A stretch of DNA of 64,000 bases from assembly GCA_048617235.1 (NCBI GenBank), contig JBMCHT010000001.1, positions 118,043-182,042 on the forward strand, in the 5' to 3' direction. This DNA is from Patescibacteria group bacterium (GTDB taxonomy: Bacteria; Patescibacteriota; Minisyncoccia; Phycocordibacterales; XYD1-FULL-46-19). Positions within the stretch are counted from its first letter, which is position 1. Each line of letters starts with the position of its first letter. The notes below the pieces were generated by a model, which saw nothing but the letters and a program-made list of their open reading frames with translations, was not told the origin of the DNA and did no database searches. Both the position numbers and the translations under genes were made by a program. This document shows positions 8,091-19,000 of the stretch, piece after piece.

Positions 8091-9882
8091 AGATAAGATT
8101 TTAAAATGGAATTTAAACATTTTGTATAAAAGTTTAACCGATCCTCAAATTGAAAAAGATTTAGCTAAAGGTAGAAAGTTGGCTCTTGGTTTTGCCGGAA
8201 AATATAAGAAAAAACAAGGTTGGGAAACTTCAGCTTCTCAATTAAAAAAAGCTTTGGCAGAATATTTTAAATTAGCCGAATGGGGGGTAGATAACCAAGC
8301 GGGATACTATTTATCTCTAAAGCAATCTTTAGATTTACAATCTCCGCAAATTCAAGCCAAACTTAATTTATTAATCAAAGAAGCTACGGAAACCGCCAAT
8401 CTGTTAACCTTTTTCGATTTACGCCTATCACAAATTAATAAAAAAGATCAACAAAAATTATTAAAAAATCCTTCATTAGCTTATTATCAACCATTTTTAA
8501 AACAAATCTTCACCTCTGCTCCCCATCGCTTATCCGAAGAAGCAGAAAATGTAATCAGTTTAAAACAATCTCCGGCTCATGCCGATTGGGTTCATTTAAC
8601 CGAAGCCGGTTTACACAGTCGCCAAGCTAAACTACCGGGACCGGATAAAAAAACAAAAGACCGATCTTGGTCGGAAATTTTAAGTTTAACCGCTCATAAA
8701 CAAAAAAAGATTCGTCAACCGGCCATTAAAGCGGCCGAGCGAATATTAGCCGATCAAACTGAAGTAGCTACTGCTGAAATAAACGCTGTTTTAAAAAATA
8801 AACAAATAAATGATAATTTACGCAAATTTAATAAAGCCGAAGAAGCCAGATTATTAGGGGATCAGATATCAATTAAATCGGTTAACAGTTTATTGGAGAC
8901 CATTAAACAAAATTACAAATTGAGTCACCGTTTCTATCAACTTAAAACTAAATTACTAGGACAAGATAAAATAACTTATCCGGAAAGAAATATTAGTATC
9001 GGTCAATTACCGGATAACATTTCTTTTAACGATAGCTTGAATATGGTTAAAGAAGCTGTAAATCAAATAGATCCTCAATTTTCAGATATTTTGACAAACC
9101 TGGTAAAAAACAGACAAATAGATTCTCACCCTAAAGCCGGAAAAACCGGTGGCGGTTTTTGTGCGCATTACCTACCGCATTCCCCCACTTTTATTTTACT
9201 CAATCATACCGGTCGCTTAACCGATGTCTTAACCTTGGCTCATGAATTGGGTCACGCCATTCATAACCAATTGATGAAAGAACAACCGGCACCTTATTTT
9301 GATCATTCTTTAGCTTTAGCTGAAACAGCTAGCACTTTATTGGAAAGCCATACTTTTGATTATCTTCTTAACCAATTATCACCTGAACAAAGATTAACTC
9401 TTTTGATGGAAAAATTAAATTCAGATGTAGCTACTATTTTTCGTCAAACCGCTGCCTATTTATTTGAAAGAGATTTACATCAAAACTTCCGCCAAAGCGG
9501 TTATTTGGCCACAAAAGATATTAATCGCTTGTTTACTCTGAGAATGAAAGCTTATTTGGGTTCGGCAATTAAAACAGATTCTGAAGTTAATAACTGGTGG
9601 ATTCATTGGAGTCATTTTAGAAGTTTCTTTTATGTTTATTCTTATGCTTATGGTTTTTTAACCGCTCAAGCCATTAAAGATAAAATAAATAATAACTCCT
9701 CAGAAATAGAAGCAGTTAAAAATATGTTAGCCACCGGAGGTACTAAAACTCCAACGGAAGCTCTAGCTATGATTAAATTAAATCCGGAAAAAAATGATAT
9801 CTGGCTCAAAGGCTTACAAGATTTTGAAATTAAATTAAAAGAAGCTGAACGCTTAGCTAAAACCTTCAAAATTAGTAAATAA
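8071..9882 (+). CDS. pepF: Oligoendopeptidase F (M3B)
   Basis: TLAHELGHAIH zinc motif, AETAS and FYVYSYAYG. Confidence 0.9.
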   Translation: MPQKQTKDKILKWNLNILYKSLTDPQIEKDLAKGRKLALGFAGKYKKKQGWETSASQLKKALAEYFKLAEWGVDNQAGYYLSLKQSLDLQSPQIQAKLNLLIKEATETANLLTFFDLRLSQINKKDQQKLLKNPSLAYYQPFLKQIFTSAPHRLSEEAENVISLKQSPAHADWVHLTEAGLHSRQAKLPGPDKKTKDRSWSEILSLTAHKQKKIRQPAIKAAERILADQTEVATAEINAVLKNKQINDNLRKFNKAEEARLLGDQISIKSVNSLLETIKQNYKLSHRFYQLKTKLLGQDKITYPERNISIGQLPDNISFNDSLNMVKEAVNQIDPQFSDILTNLVKNRQIDSHPKAGKTGGGFCAHYLPHSPTFILLNHTGRLTDVLTLAHELGHAIHNQLMKEQPAPYFDHSLALAETASTLLESHTFDYLLNQLSPEQRLTLLMEKLNSDVATIFRQTAAYLFERDLHQNFRQSGYLATKDINRLFTLRMKAYLGSAIKTDSEVNNWWIHWSHFRSFFYVYSYAYGFLTAQAIKDKINNNSSEIEAVKNMLATGGTKTPTEALAMIKLNPEKNDIWLKGLQDFEIKLKEAERLAKTFKISK

Positions 9883-9899
9883 TTATTCTAATAATTTAT

Positions 9900-10169
9900 A
9901 TGCCTGATTCTTTAGAAAAAATTAAAAGCAATGGTCAAAATCTAAAAAAAGAAGTTGCTACCAGGATTAGTGGTTATATTACGGCCGCTTTCGGTTTGGT
10001 GGCCGGCTTGGCTTGGAATGATGCTATTTTATCATTAATAGATTTATGGTTTCCTTTGGATCGCAATCAAATTTTAGCCAAATTTATTTATGCTTTAGCC
10101 TTAACTGTTGTATTGGTTTTAGTATCTATTTATTTGGTTAAATTTTTTGATAAAAAGGATAAAAATTAA
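9900..10169 (+). CDS. Small two-TM membrane protein (DUF5654-like)
   Basis: AAFGLVAGLAWNDAI motif. Confidence 0.7.
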   Translation: MPDSLEKIKSNGQNLKKEVATRISGYITAAFGLVAGLAWNDAILSLIDLWFPLDRNQILAKFIYALALTVVLVLVSIYLVKFFDKKDKN

Positions 10170-10172
10170 AAT

Positions 10173-10754
10173 ATGTTTTCAAAAAATTCCACAGCAGATA
10201 AAACTGTCACTTGGCCTACAGCTGGTTCTCTGATAAAAAAAGGAAAAATAGGAATTATTCCAACCGATACTCTTTACGGTTTGGTGGCTCACATTAATAA
10301 ACCCAAAGCTATAAAAAAAATATATGAAATTAAGAATCGGCCAAAAAACAAACCTTTAATTGTTTTAATTGGTTCTTTAGAGCAACTTAAAAGATTACCC
10401 TTAGCTACCAAAAAAATAGATTATGAAATATTAAACACTTATTGGCCCGGTCCGGTCAGTTTAATATTACCCACCACTAAAATATTAAAACCAATCAGCT
10501 CTAATAAAACTTTAGCAATCAGATTGCCTCGTTCATCTAAACTAAGGAAATGGCTATGCCTTTATGGGCCTGTTGTCGCTCCCAGTGCCAACCCAGCCGG
10601 AAAAGAACCGGCTCGAACTTTAACTGAAACTAAAAAATATTTTAATCAGCGAGTAGATTTTTATGTCCCGGCAAAAAAACGCTTAACCAAGCCCCCTTCT
10701 GCTTTAATAGATTTAACCGTTTCTCAATTACAGATTTTACGTCCTTTTAGTTGA
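10173..10754 (+). CDS. tsaC: L-threonylcarbamoyladenylate synthase (YrdC/Sua5)
   Basis: PTDTLYGL, IKNRPKNKPL, WPGP and PSAN motifs. Confidence 0.92.
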   Translation: MFSKNSTADKTVTWPTAGSLIKKGKIGIIPTDTLYGLVAHINKPKAIKKIYEIKNRPKNKPLIVLIGSLEQLKRLPLATKKIDYEILNTYWPGPVSLILPTTKILKPISSNKTLAIRLPRSSKLRKWLCLYGPVVAPSANPAGKEPARTLTETKKYFNQRVDFYVPAKKRLTKPPSALIDLTVSQLQILRPFS

Positions 10755-10796
10755 TAATCTTTGAAGTTTAATTTTAGATTATGGTATAATAGTCAT

Positions 10797-11117
10797 ATGG
10801 TTACTTATGAACAATTTTCAGCTCTTGATTTAAGAGTTGGCACCATAATAGAAGCGGAACCGGTAATTGATGCCGATCGTCTTTTACGGTTAGTGATTGA
10901 TTTGGGTCACGAAGAACGCCAAGTGGTAGCCGGTATTGCTGAAGAATATGAAGCTGAGAAATTAATCGGCACCCAAGTAGTTTTAATAGTTAATTTAGAA
11001 TCCAGAGAAATTAAAGGTTTGGAAAGCCAAGGTATGATTTTAGCCGCCAGTGGAGATAATGGCCCGGTTATTTTAATGCCGGAAAAGCCGGTAGCCGATG
11101 GTACTACGATTAAATAA
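10797..11117 (+). CDS. tRNA-binding OB-fold protein (CsaA/Trbp111/MetRS C-terminal)
   Basis: LDLRVGTI, RQVVAGIA and SQGMILAA motifs. Confidence 0.88.
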   Translation: MVTYEQFSALDLRVGTIIEAEPVIDADRLLRLVIDLGHEERQVVAGIAEEYEAEKLIGTQVVLIVNLESREIKGLESQGMILAASGDNGPVILMPEKPVADGTTIK

Positions 11118-11124
11118 TTTAAAT

Positions 11125-11676
11125 ATGAAAAATTTAAACAAACATTCTTTAGCTATAAATCTTATTTCCTTATTATTTTTGGGAATTTTAATTTTACTTT
11201 TAATTCCTTTTACTAAAAAAGTAGATAATGAGATTGATAAAGCGGACTCTGAAAGAAAAATTGAAGTGGTAGATTTTCAAACTTGCCGTTTGGCCGGTTT
11301 TTTTGTTGATATTTTTTCTTTTCCTCCTGTTTGTATCACTGACGATGGACAAGAATTTATTTTAGACTTAGACGAAGCAGATAAATTATTACCACCCGTT
11401 TTAGATGATAATGGAACAATAATAGATCCAAACGAAGACACACTCTTTTATCCCGGACCTGTAGCTCAAGATGGCTGTTTACCGGCCGGTTGTTCTCAAC
11501 AATTATGTGTAGAAGCGGAAATGGCTCCGGATATTGTAACTACTTGTGAATTTAAGGCCGAATATGCTTGTTATTTACAAGGCGCTGTTTGTGGCCGAAA
11601 TTCTGAAGGAGAATGTGCTTGGTTGGAGACACCGGAATTAAAACAATGTCTTGATAATCCCCCTCCACTTAATTAA
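11125..11676 (+). CDS. Membrane-anchored protein with a Cys-rich (eight-cysteine-cluster-like) C-terminal domain
   Basis: N-terminal TM; GCSQQLC...TTCEFKAEYACY...CGRNSEGECAW. Confidence 0.7.
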   Translation: MKNLNKHSLAINLISLLFLGILILLLIPFTKKVDNEIDKADSERKIEVVDFQTCRLAGFFVDIFSFPPVCITDDGQEFILDLDEADKLLPPVLDDNGTIIDPNEDTLFYPGPVAQDGCLPAGCSQQLCVEAEMAPDIVTTCEFKAEYACYLQGAVCGRNSEGECAWLETPELKQCLDNPPPLN

Positions 11677-12077
11677 TTCAAACGACGCCAATAATACCAA
11701 AAAACAGACAAGCCCATTAAGGCTAAAGTAATATTTAAAGCTTGAATTGTTGGCCATTGCCAATAAAAAAGCCAAGCAAATTGAACAAAAACAATCAGAC
11801 CCAAATAACGCACCGCCTTAGACGGTAAAAACCAAAGACAAAAACTCAATCCCAAAAACAAGGACAATATTCCCAACCATAAAACCAAAAATTCCGATTC
11901 AAAACCGGATACTAAATTTATTATTCGAGCCGGCCAATAAGCGGTGGAAATTAAATCTGATCGAGAACCGGCCTCGGTTACCAAATAATAACCATTAATA
12001 ATATAGTAAACCCCCAAACCTAATCTAACAAAAGTTTCACCTTTTATTTTTTTTAATTTTTTTCTAATCGTTTCCAT
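11673..12077 (-). CDS. Integral membrane protein, DoxX-like
   Basis: VRLGLG N-terminus and about four hydrophobic segments. Confidence 0.55.
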   Translation of the reverse strand: METIRKKLKKIKGETFVRLGLGVYYIINGYYLVTEAGSRSDLISTAYWPARIINLVSGFESEFLVLWLGILSLFLGLSFCLWFLPSKAVRYLGLIVFVQFAWLFYWQWPTIQALNITLALMGLSVFWYYWRRLN

Positions 12078-12180
12078 TTGTTCATTTTAAAACAAGACAA
12101 AAAATAAAACAATCAATCCGTTGCTTCTTTTGTCTTTTTTTGTTAAATTTAAACCTTAAAAGTAATTAAAATAAAAATAT

Positions 12181-12891
12181 ATGAACTGGGAAAAATTGAG
12201 TATTCCAATAGCTATAATAGGAGCCGGCTTAATTTTAGGAGCGGCGGTTTATTTTCAACCACAATTTAGTCCAACTGAGGATAATTTGGCAGCAGTCGGC
12301 GATTTAGATCAAAGTGACATCAGTTTGGAAAATGTTCGACCACTGACAACCGAAGATAATATAAAAGGATCTTTGGAAGCTCCGATAATTATTATAGAAT
12401 ATTCCGATCCTGACTGTTCTTTTTGCCATCGTTTTCATAACACTCTAAAAGAAATAGTTGATTTATATGATGACAATCAAGTAGCTTGGGTTTATCGCCA
12501 TTTTAATGTTTTTGGATCGGCTTCGGCTCAAAAATCCATCGCTTTTGAATGTGCCGGCGAATTAGAAAATAATTCCGGTTTTTGGTCTTATTTAGAGGCT
12601 TTTCATCAGGGTATAGATCAAAACAATAAAGCCGGTAATGTAGACGAATTGACATCCTTAGCCGGTGACATAGGATTAGATACTGCAGATTTTAGAGAAT
12701 GCTTAGAATCTGAAAGACCTAAAAATGTTATAGAAACAGATACCGATAACGCCATCGCCAGTGGTGGCTCCGGAACTCCTTTTTCTTTAATTAAATTACC
12801 TTCAGGAGAAATAGTGGAATTAGGTGGAGCTGTCCCCACTGAAAATTTAATTGAAATAATAGATGAATTATTAGAAGCTCCGGAAGAATAA
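12181..12891 (+). CDS. DsbA/thioredoxin-fold protein
   Basis: EYSDPDCSFC (CxxC), GTP cis-Pro loop and N-terminal TM. Confidence 0.9.
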   Translation: MNWEKLSIPIAIIGAGLILGAAVYFQPQFSPTEDNLAAVGDLDQSDISLENVRPLTTEDNIKGSLEAPIIIIEYSDPDCSFCHRFHNTLKEIVDLYDDNQVAWVYRHFNVFGSASAQKSIAFECAGELENNSGFWSYLEAFHQGIDQNNKAGNVDELTSLAGDIGLDTADFRECLESERPKNVIETDTDNAIASGGSGTPFSLIKLPSGEIVELGGAVPTENLIEIIDELLEAPEE

Positions 12892-12895
12892 AAAA

Positions 12896-14209
12896 TTAAT
12901 ATCCGGACAATCTATCCGCTTTTCCATGTAAACGAATCTTTTCATGAGCTTTGGCTTCTATTTGCCTAATGCGCTCCCTGGTTACACCAAATTCTTTACC
13001 TACCTCTTCCAGAGTTCGCATAACACCATCATCCAAACCATGGCGCATTGCTAAAATCTTTCTTTCTTTAGGTGTTAAATCGCTTAGAATTTCATCAATT
13101 TGATCTCGTAAAATTCTTCTGGAAACATCTTGTTCCGGTGGGTCTATTTTATCATCAGGCACAAATTCTCCCAGGGAAGATTTATCTTCATCTCCGCTTT
13201 CTATTGATTTATCCAAAGAAGCCGTACTTTGATCTATTTTTTCAATGGCATGGATTTTATGTAAATCCATATCCATTTCTGTAGCCACTTCTTGTGGTAG
13301 GGGTTCTCGTCCCAAATCCTGAGATAGACGCCTCACTACTTGTTTGTATTTAGTTATGGTTTCCACCATATGTACCGGAATTCTAATTGTTCGCGACTGG
13401 TCTGCCAAAGCCCTGGTAACCGCTTGACGGATCCACCAAGTGGCATAAGTTGAGAATTTATAACCTTTACGCCAATCAAACTTTTCTACCGCTTTGAAAA
13501 GACCGATATTACCTTCTTGAATTAGATCTAATAAAGATAAATCGGAACTGCGATTAGCATACTTTTTGGCAATGGAAACCACCAGACGTAAATTAGCATT
13601 AGCTAATGTTTTGCGAGCCTCTTCATCTCCTTCTAAAATCCGTCTGGCTAAATCTTTTTCTTCGGCAGCTGTTAATAAACGATGACGACCAATTTCTTTT
13701 AAATAAATCTGAACCGAGTCCAATCCACCCCCATGACTTTGGTTAATTGAAAAATTTAACATTTGATCATCTGCTTCTTCCAACAAACTGCCTTCTTCCA
13801 AAATATCTATCCCGGCTTCTTCTAATTTATCATATAAATTATCCAAAAAATCCAAATCATTTTCTATAACCGGAAATTCATTTAAAAGTTCACTATAAGT
13901 TACAAATCGACGGCCGCGGCCTTTACGTATAAGATTGGAAGTTTTTTGCATTATTTCTTCCGGTTTTATTTTAGACCCGGTAGGAGAAACTTTCCTTTTC
14001 CCAACCGATTTTTTAACCGAATTTTTAGTAGCTGGTTTAGTGTTTTTTTTAGTTTTAGCAGGAGTATTTTTTTTGACAGTTTTGGATTTTACGTTTTTGG
14101 CACTCTTGGTAGTAATCGATTTCTTCTTGGCTTTAGTGATAGGAGACTTTTTTTTAGCGGAAGTGGTTTTTTTAGATTTAATGGTATTTTTTTTGGAAGA
14201 TGTAGCCAT
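12896..14209 (-). CDS. rpoD: RNA polymerase primary sigma factor with Lys-rich N-terminal extension
   Basis: [25 protein letters not shown] and TRERIRQIE motifs. Confidence 0.96.
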   Translation of the reverse strand: MATSSKKNTIKSKKTTSAKKKSPITKAKKKSITTKSAKNVKSKTVKKNTPAKTKKNTKPATKNSVKKSVGKRKVSPTGSKIKPEEIMQKTSNLIRKGRGRRFVTYSELLNEFPVIENDLDFLDNLYDKLEEAGIDILEEGSLLEEADDQMLNFSINQSHGGGLDSVQIYLKEIGRHRLLTAAEEKDLARRILEGDEEARKTLANANLRLVVSIAKKYANRSSDLSLLDLIQEGNIGLFKAVEKFDWRKGYKFSTYATWWIRQAVTRALADQSRTIRIPVHMVETITKYKQVVRRLSQDLGREPLPQEVATEMDMDLHKIHAIEKIDQSTASLDKSIESGDEDKSSLGEFVPDDKIDPPEQDVSRRILRDQIDEILSDLTPKERKILAMRHGLDDGVMRTLEEVGKEFGVTRERIRQIEAKAHEKIRLHGKADRLSGY

Positions 14210-14246
14210 AAGTTAATATATATTAAGATGATAAAATTGATAAAAA

Positions 14247-15974
14247 TTAATTGAAATATTGATTTCTGAGCTCAGCTATAGTCTGAGTAATATCTTGACA
14301 CCTTTTTAAGTGTTTGTCTACTGATGCTTGATCCTCTTGTTTTTCCGCCGGTCCTATTTTTTGCTCTTCTTGCTTCCTTTTCTGCTCCCAATAATAAACA
14401 TGAGCCCTACCTACCACTTCTTGCCATAAAATTTTAGTTAAAGGTCCAAATTTTTCCACATACTCTTCTATTAAAAACAAAAGGGGTTCTTTTTGATCTT
14501 CATAATTAGCTTGTAAATTATCCTCTTCTTTTATGTCTTCCAATAAAGATCGGGCTTCTGTTTGATAATCAAAATCGTGATTGGTGGTTGTTTCCAACCA
14601 AAACCACCAAGCCCAGAAATATTGTAATGGATTATTAACTAACTGTTCTTTTTCTTCTGTTACTTCTTCCTCTTTTTTAATAGTAAACCGATTAAAATTT
14701 AACTCTTTTAAATCTTGCCAGATCGCCTCTGTCGGCATTTGCAATTTATCTGCCACCTCCATTACCACTGTCGCTTTTTCCACTTGACTGGGTATACTCA
14801 TGATGGCCGGATAAACTTCTTGTTTAATTAATTTTCCCAACTGTCTTTTATCTTGTCCAGCTGTAATTATTGCAGTTTTTAAATAAAAATTAATTATAGA
14901 ATCAGCTTGATCTAATAAGTATCGCCACTCGGCAATATCTTCTTTGATAATATCTGCCGGATCCCGACCCGGGGGTAAAATTAAAGCTTTAACTTGTAAC
15001 CCGGCTGCCAGTAGAGCTTCGGCGGATTTTTTAACCGCCGCCTGACCGGCTTTATCTCCATCAAAAGCCAAAATAATTTCATCGGTCAATCTACCTAAGG
15101 TTTTTACTTGCTTATCTGTCAAGGCGGTTCCGGAAATAGCTACCGTATTGGTCCAACCGGCTTGATGGCACATTAAAAGATCCATCTGACCTTCAACCAC
15201 CAAGCAATTATTATGCTCCCTAATTCCTTGTTTAGCCCAATTCAAACCATACAATAAAGAAGATTTATCATAAATATCTGTCTGGGGTGTATTGATATAT
15301 TTAGCTTCTACAGACTGGGTTTGATTACTAAAATCCAATAACCGACCGGAAAAGCCCACCGGTCGTCCGGAAACATCCAGTAAAGGAAACATTAAACGGG
15401 AACGAAAACGATCAAAAACACGACCGTTTTTTTGGCTTTTAATAGCTAAACCGGAACCGACTATTACCTCATCATTTATTTTTTGAGATCTTAAATAAGT
15501 AACCAATTTCTGCCAATCCGCCTCAGCCCAACCTAAACCAAAAGCCCTGATAGTTTTTTCAGTTAAGCCTCTATCTTTTAAATATTCCCAGACCGGAGTT
15601 TGTGGTTGTAAGCGATTAATATAATAATGTCCGGCCAATTTAATCGCTTGTAATAAATTTTCTCGATGATCTCCCTTTTTACCATCATAAGCTTCTATTT
15701 CCACTCCAGCCTTACGAGCTAAAATTCCCAACGCCTCTTTAAAATCCACTCCTTCTATTTCTTGAACAAAATTAAACATATCTCCAGTTTGACCGCAACC
15801 AAAACAACGATAAGATTGTCTATTAGGAGAAACAAAAAAAGAAGGCGTTCTCTCATTATGAAAGGGGCAACGAGCTTTAAAATTAACTCCCGCTTTTTCC
15901 AATTTAATATAGGAATCCACCACTTCCACTATATCCAATCTATCTTTTATTTTTTCAACTGAAGAAGATGACAT
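14247..15974 (-). CDS. dnaG: DNA primase
   Basis: CPFH zinc finger, KYINTP, VEGQMD and FDGDKAG Toprim motifs. Confidence 0.96.
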   Translation of the reverse strand: MSSSSVEKIKDRLDIVEVVDSYIKLEKAGVNFKARCPFHNERTPSFFVSPNRQSYRCFGCGQTGDMFNFVQEIEGVDFKEALGILARKAGVEIEAYDGKKGDHRENLLQAIKLAGHYYINRLQPQTPVWEYLKDRGLTEKTIRAFGLGWAEADWQKLVTYLRSQKINDEVIVGSGLAIKSQKNGRVFDRFRSRLMFPLLDVSGRPVGFSGRLLDFSNQTQSVEAKYINTPQTDIYDKSSLLYGLNWAKQGIREHNNCLVVEGQMDLLMCHQAGWTNTVAISGTALTDKQVKTLGRLTDEIILAFDGDKAGQAAVKKSAEALLAAGLQVKALILPPGRDPADIIKEDIAEWRYLLDQADSIINFYLKTAIITAGQDKRQLGKLIKQEVYPAIMSIPSQVEKATVVMEVADKLQMPTEAIWQDLKELNFNRFTIKKEEEVTEEKEQLVNNPLQYFWAWWFWLETTTNHDFDYQTEARSLLEDIKEEDNLQANYEDQKEPLLFLIEEYVEKFGPLTKILWQEVVGRAHVYYWEQKRKQEEQKIGPAEKQEDQASVDKHLKRCQDITQTIAELRNQYFN

Positions 15975-16050
15975 AAACACATTATTAACCGATTGACTCA
16001 ACCTAAAGTCGGTTAAGAATCGTAATTTTATAAAATTCTAAAAGTTCCTC

Positions 16051-19000
16051 TTAATTATCATCTTCCATCCTGGCAATAGAGCCATTTTCCGCTTCTGCTT
16101 CTGCTATTTCATTATAATCAGGAATTAACCCGGTTCCGGCCGGTATTAATCGACCAAGAGCTACATTTTCTTTTAATCCGCGTAATTTATCTACTTTTCC
16201 GGCAACAGCAGCATTAATCAAAACTTTAGTGGTATGTTGAAAAGAAGCAGCCGACAAGAAACTACTGGAAGACAAAGCCACATCGGAAATTCCCAAAATA
16301 ACAATCTTACCTTTAGCCGGCTCCCCTCCTTCAGCCTTAACTTTAGTATTTACTTCTTCTAATTCCGCTTTATCCACCACTTCATTAATCTGTAAATCAG
16401 TATCACCTGGTTCTTGAATTTTACGACGAGAGAGCATTTGCCGAATAACCAACTCAATATGCTTTCTGGCAATATCCACCCCTTGCAATTGATAAATGGC
16501 ATTTATTTCTTTAATGATATAATCCTCTACTTTTGCTTGACCGGCTAATTTTAGATAATTAACCAAATCTACTGAACCATCAGTTAAAATTTGCCCGACT
16601 GTAATTGTATCTCCTTTTTCTATTAACAAATTACGAATGGCCGGTACTGTATATTCCACAGTTGATTTTTTCTTTTTATCTTTAGCCACAGCCGGATCAG
16701 TTAAAATAACAATGGTTCTGTCCTTAGCTCCGACTTTTATCTCCATCACTTCTCCTTCAACTTCAGACAATAAAGCAGAAGCTTTAGGATTACGTCTTTC
16801 AAATATTTCTGTCACTCGAGGTAAACCACCGACGATATCTCCTCCTTCTTGAGAAACTCCTCCGGCATGTTTGGTTCTCATAGTTAATTGGGTACCGGGT
16901 TCTCCAATAGCTTGAGCGGCTACCACTCCAACCGGTTCTCCAATCTTAATCAATCCTCCTCGACCCTGGTCTTCACCATAACAAGCTCGACAAATACCTC
17001 TGGTATTTTTACAAGTAAGAGGAGTTCTAACCCTAACTTCTGTTATTCCAGCCTCATCTATACTCTTCGCATCTGCTTTAGATAATAAATGACCGTCCGG
17101 GAATAATTCTTGTCCGTTTTGATCTTTTACCGACTCTAACAAAATCCGACCGCGAATACTATTGGCTAAACCTTCTTCAAATCCTAAAATATGGCTCTGA
17201 TTAAATACTTTACCTTGTTTATCTTGACAATCATCCGCATTAACTATTATATCCTGAGCTACATAAACCAATTTTCTGGTCAAATAACCGGCTTGAGCCG
17301 TATTCAAAGCGGTATCTGCCAAACCTTTACGCGAACCGTGAGTAGAAACAAAGAATTCCAATGGTGTTAATCCCTCTTTAAAAGAAGAAACAATCGGGAA
17401 ATCTATTAACTGACCTGATGGATTAGTCATTAAACCAATCATCCCGGACATTTGAGTCACCTGAGCTACAGAACCTCGAGCATTGGAATTTAACATATCC
17501 GAAACAGATTTATGCTCTCCCAAACTGCCGGGAACCAATTTTTCCACTTCATTTCTGGCTTTAAGCCAAGTTTCAATAAACATTTGGTAACGCTCATTAT
17601 CTGACAATAAACCATCATTATATTGTTCATATATTTGAATAGTTTCTTCTTGAGCTTTTTTAATAACATCCTCTTTCTTAGCCGGCACCACCACATCATC
17701 AATTCCCCAAGTAATACCGGAGGTAGTAGCATATTTAAAACCAAAAGATTTGATTTTATCCAATATATCTGGCATTAAGGACATATCATAACGATGAACC
17801 AATTGATCAACTAAAGCTGACATACCTTTACCGGTTACCGCCTGATTGAAAAAGGGAAAATCTGCCGGCAAATTATTGTTAAAAAGAAGACGGCCAACAC
17901 TGGTTTCTATTATTTTTTCCTTATATTCTCCATATTTTTCCTTCTTGGTCATCTTAACGTTAATTTTGGCTTGCAAATCTACATGGTCAAAATCATGAGC
18001 CATAATAGCGTGATTAGGACTGGAAAAATATTGTCCACTGCCTCGAGCATCCGCTATTTCTTTGGTTACCCAATAACAACCCAAAACAATATCCAATTTC
18101 ATATTAATAACCGGATCACCGGAACCGGGCTTTAACAAATTCCGGTTAGCGGCTACCAAATCTCTGGCTTCTTTTTGAGCGGGAACAGACAAAGGTACAT
18201 GAACCGCCATTTGATCCCCATCGAAATCGGCATTGAAGGCACTACAAACCAAGGGGTGAATTTGAATAGCACTACCTTCTATTAAAACCGGTTGAAAAGC
18301 TTGAATACCCAAACGATGTAGAGTTGGTGGTCGATTAAGTAAAACATATTTATCTTTAATCACATCTTCCAATATAGCCCAAATATCCGGAGATTGTTCA
18401 TCTATTAATCGTCCGGCTCCGCGAATATTAAAAGCTAACTCTTTTTCTAAAATTTGAGCAATAATAAACGGTCGAAATAATTCCAAAGCCATTAATTTCG
18501 GCAAACCACATTGAGAAATTTTTAAATCAGGCCCTACCACAATTACACTACGACCGGAATAATCCACTCGCTTACCAATAAGGTTCTGACGAAAACGACC
18601 TTGCTTCCCTCTTAAATTATCTGCTAAAGATTTCAATGGTCGTCTTTGACTTTGATTCATCACTCCTTCACCACCGGACTTTCTGATATTATTATCAATC
18701 AAAGCATCAACCGCTTCTTGTAATATCCTTTTTTCATTTCTTAAAATAACCTCCGGGGCATTAAGATCTATTAATTTTTTTAAACGATTATTACGATTAA
18801 TCACTCGACGATAAAGATCATTTATATCACTAGTAGCATGACGGCCTCCATCTAAAGCCACCATCGGTCTTAAAGCCGGTGGAATAATTGGTACAACTTT
18901 AAGGAGCATCCATTCAGGTCTAACTCCGGCTTTGAGCATAGATTTAACCAAATTATATCTTTTTCGCAATTTTATCCTTTCTGTAGATTTAGCTGTTTCC

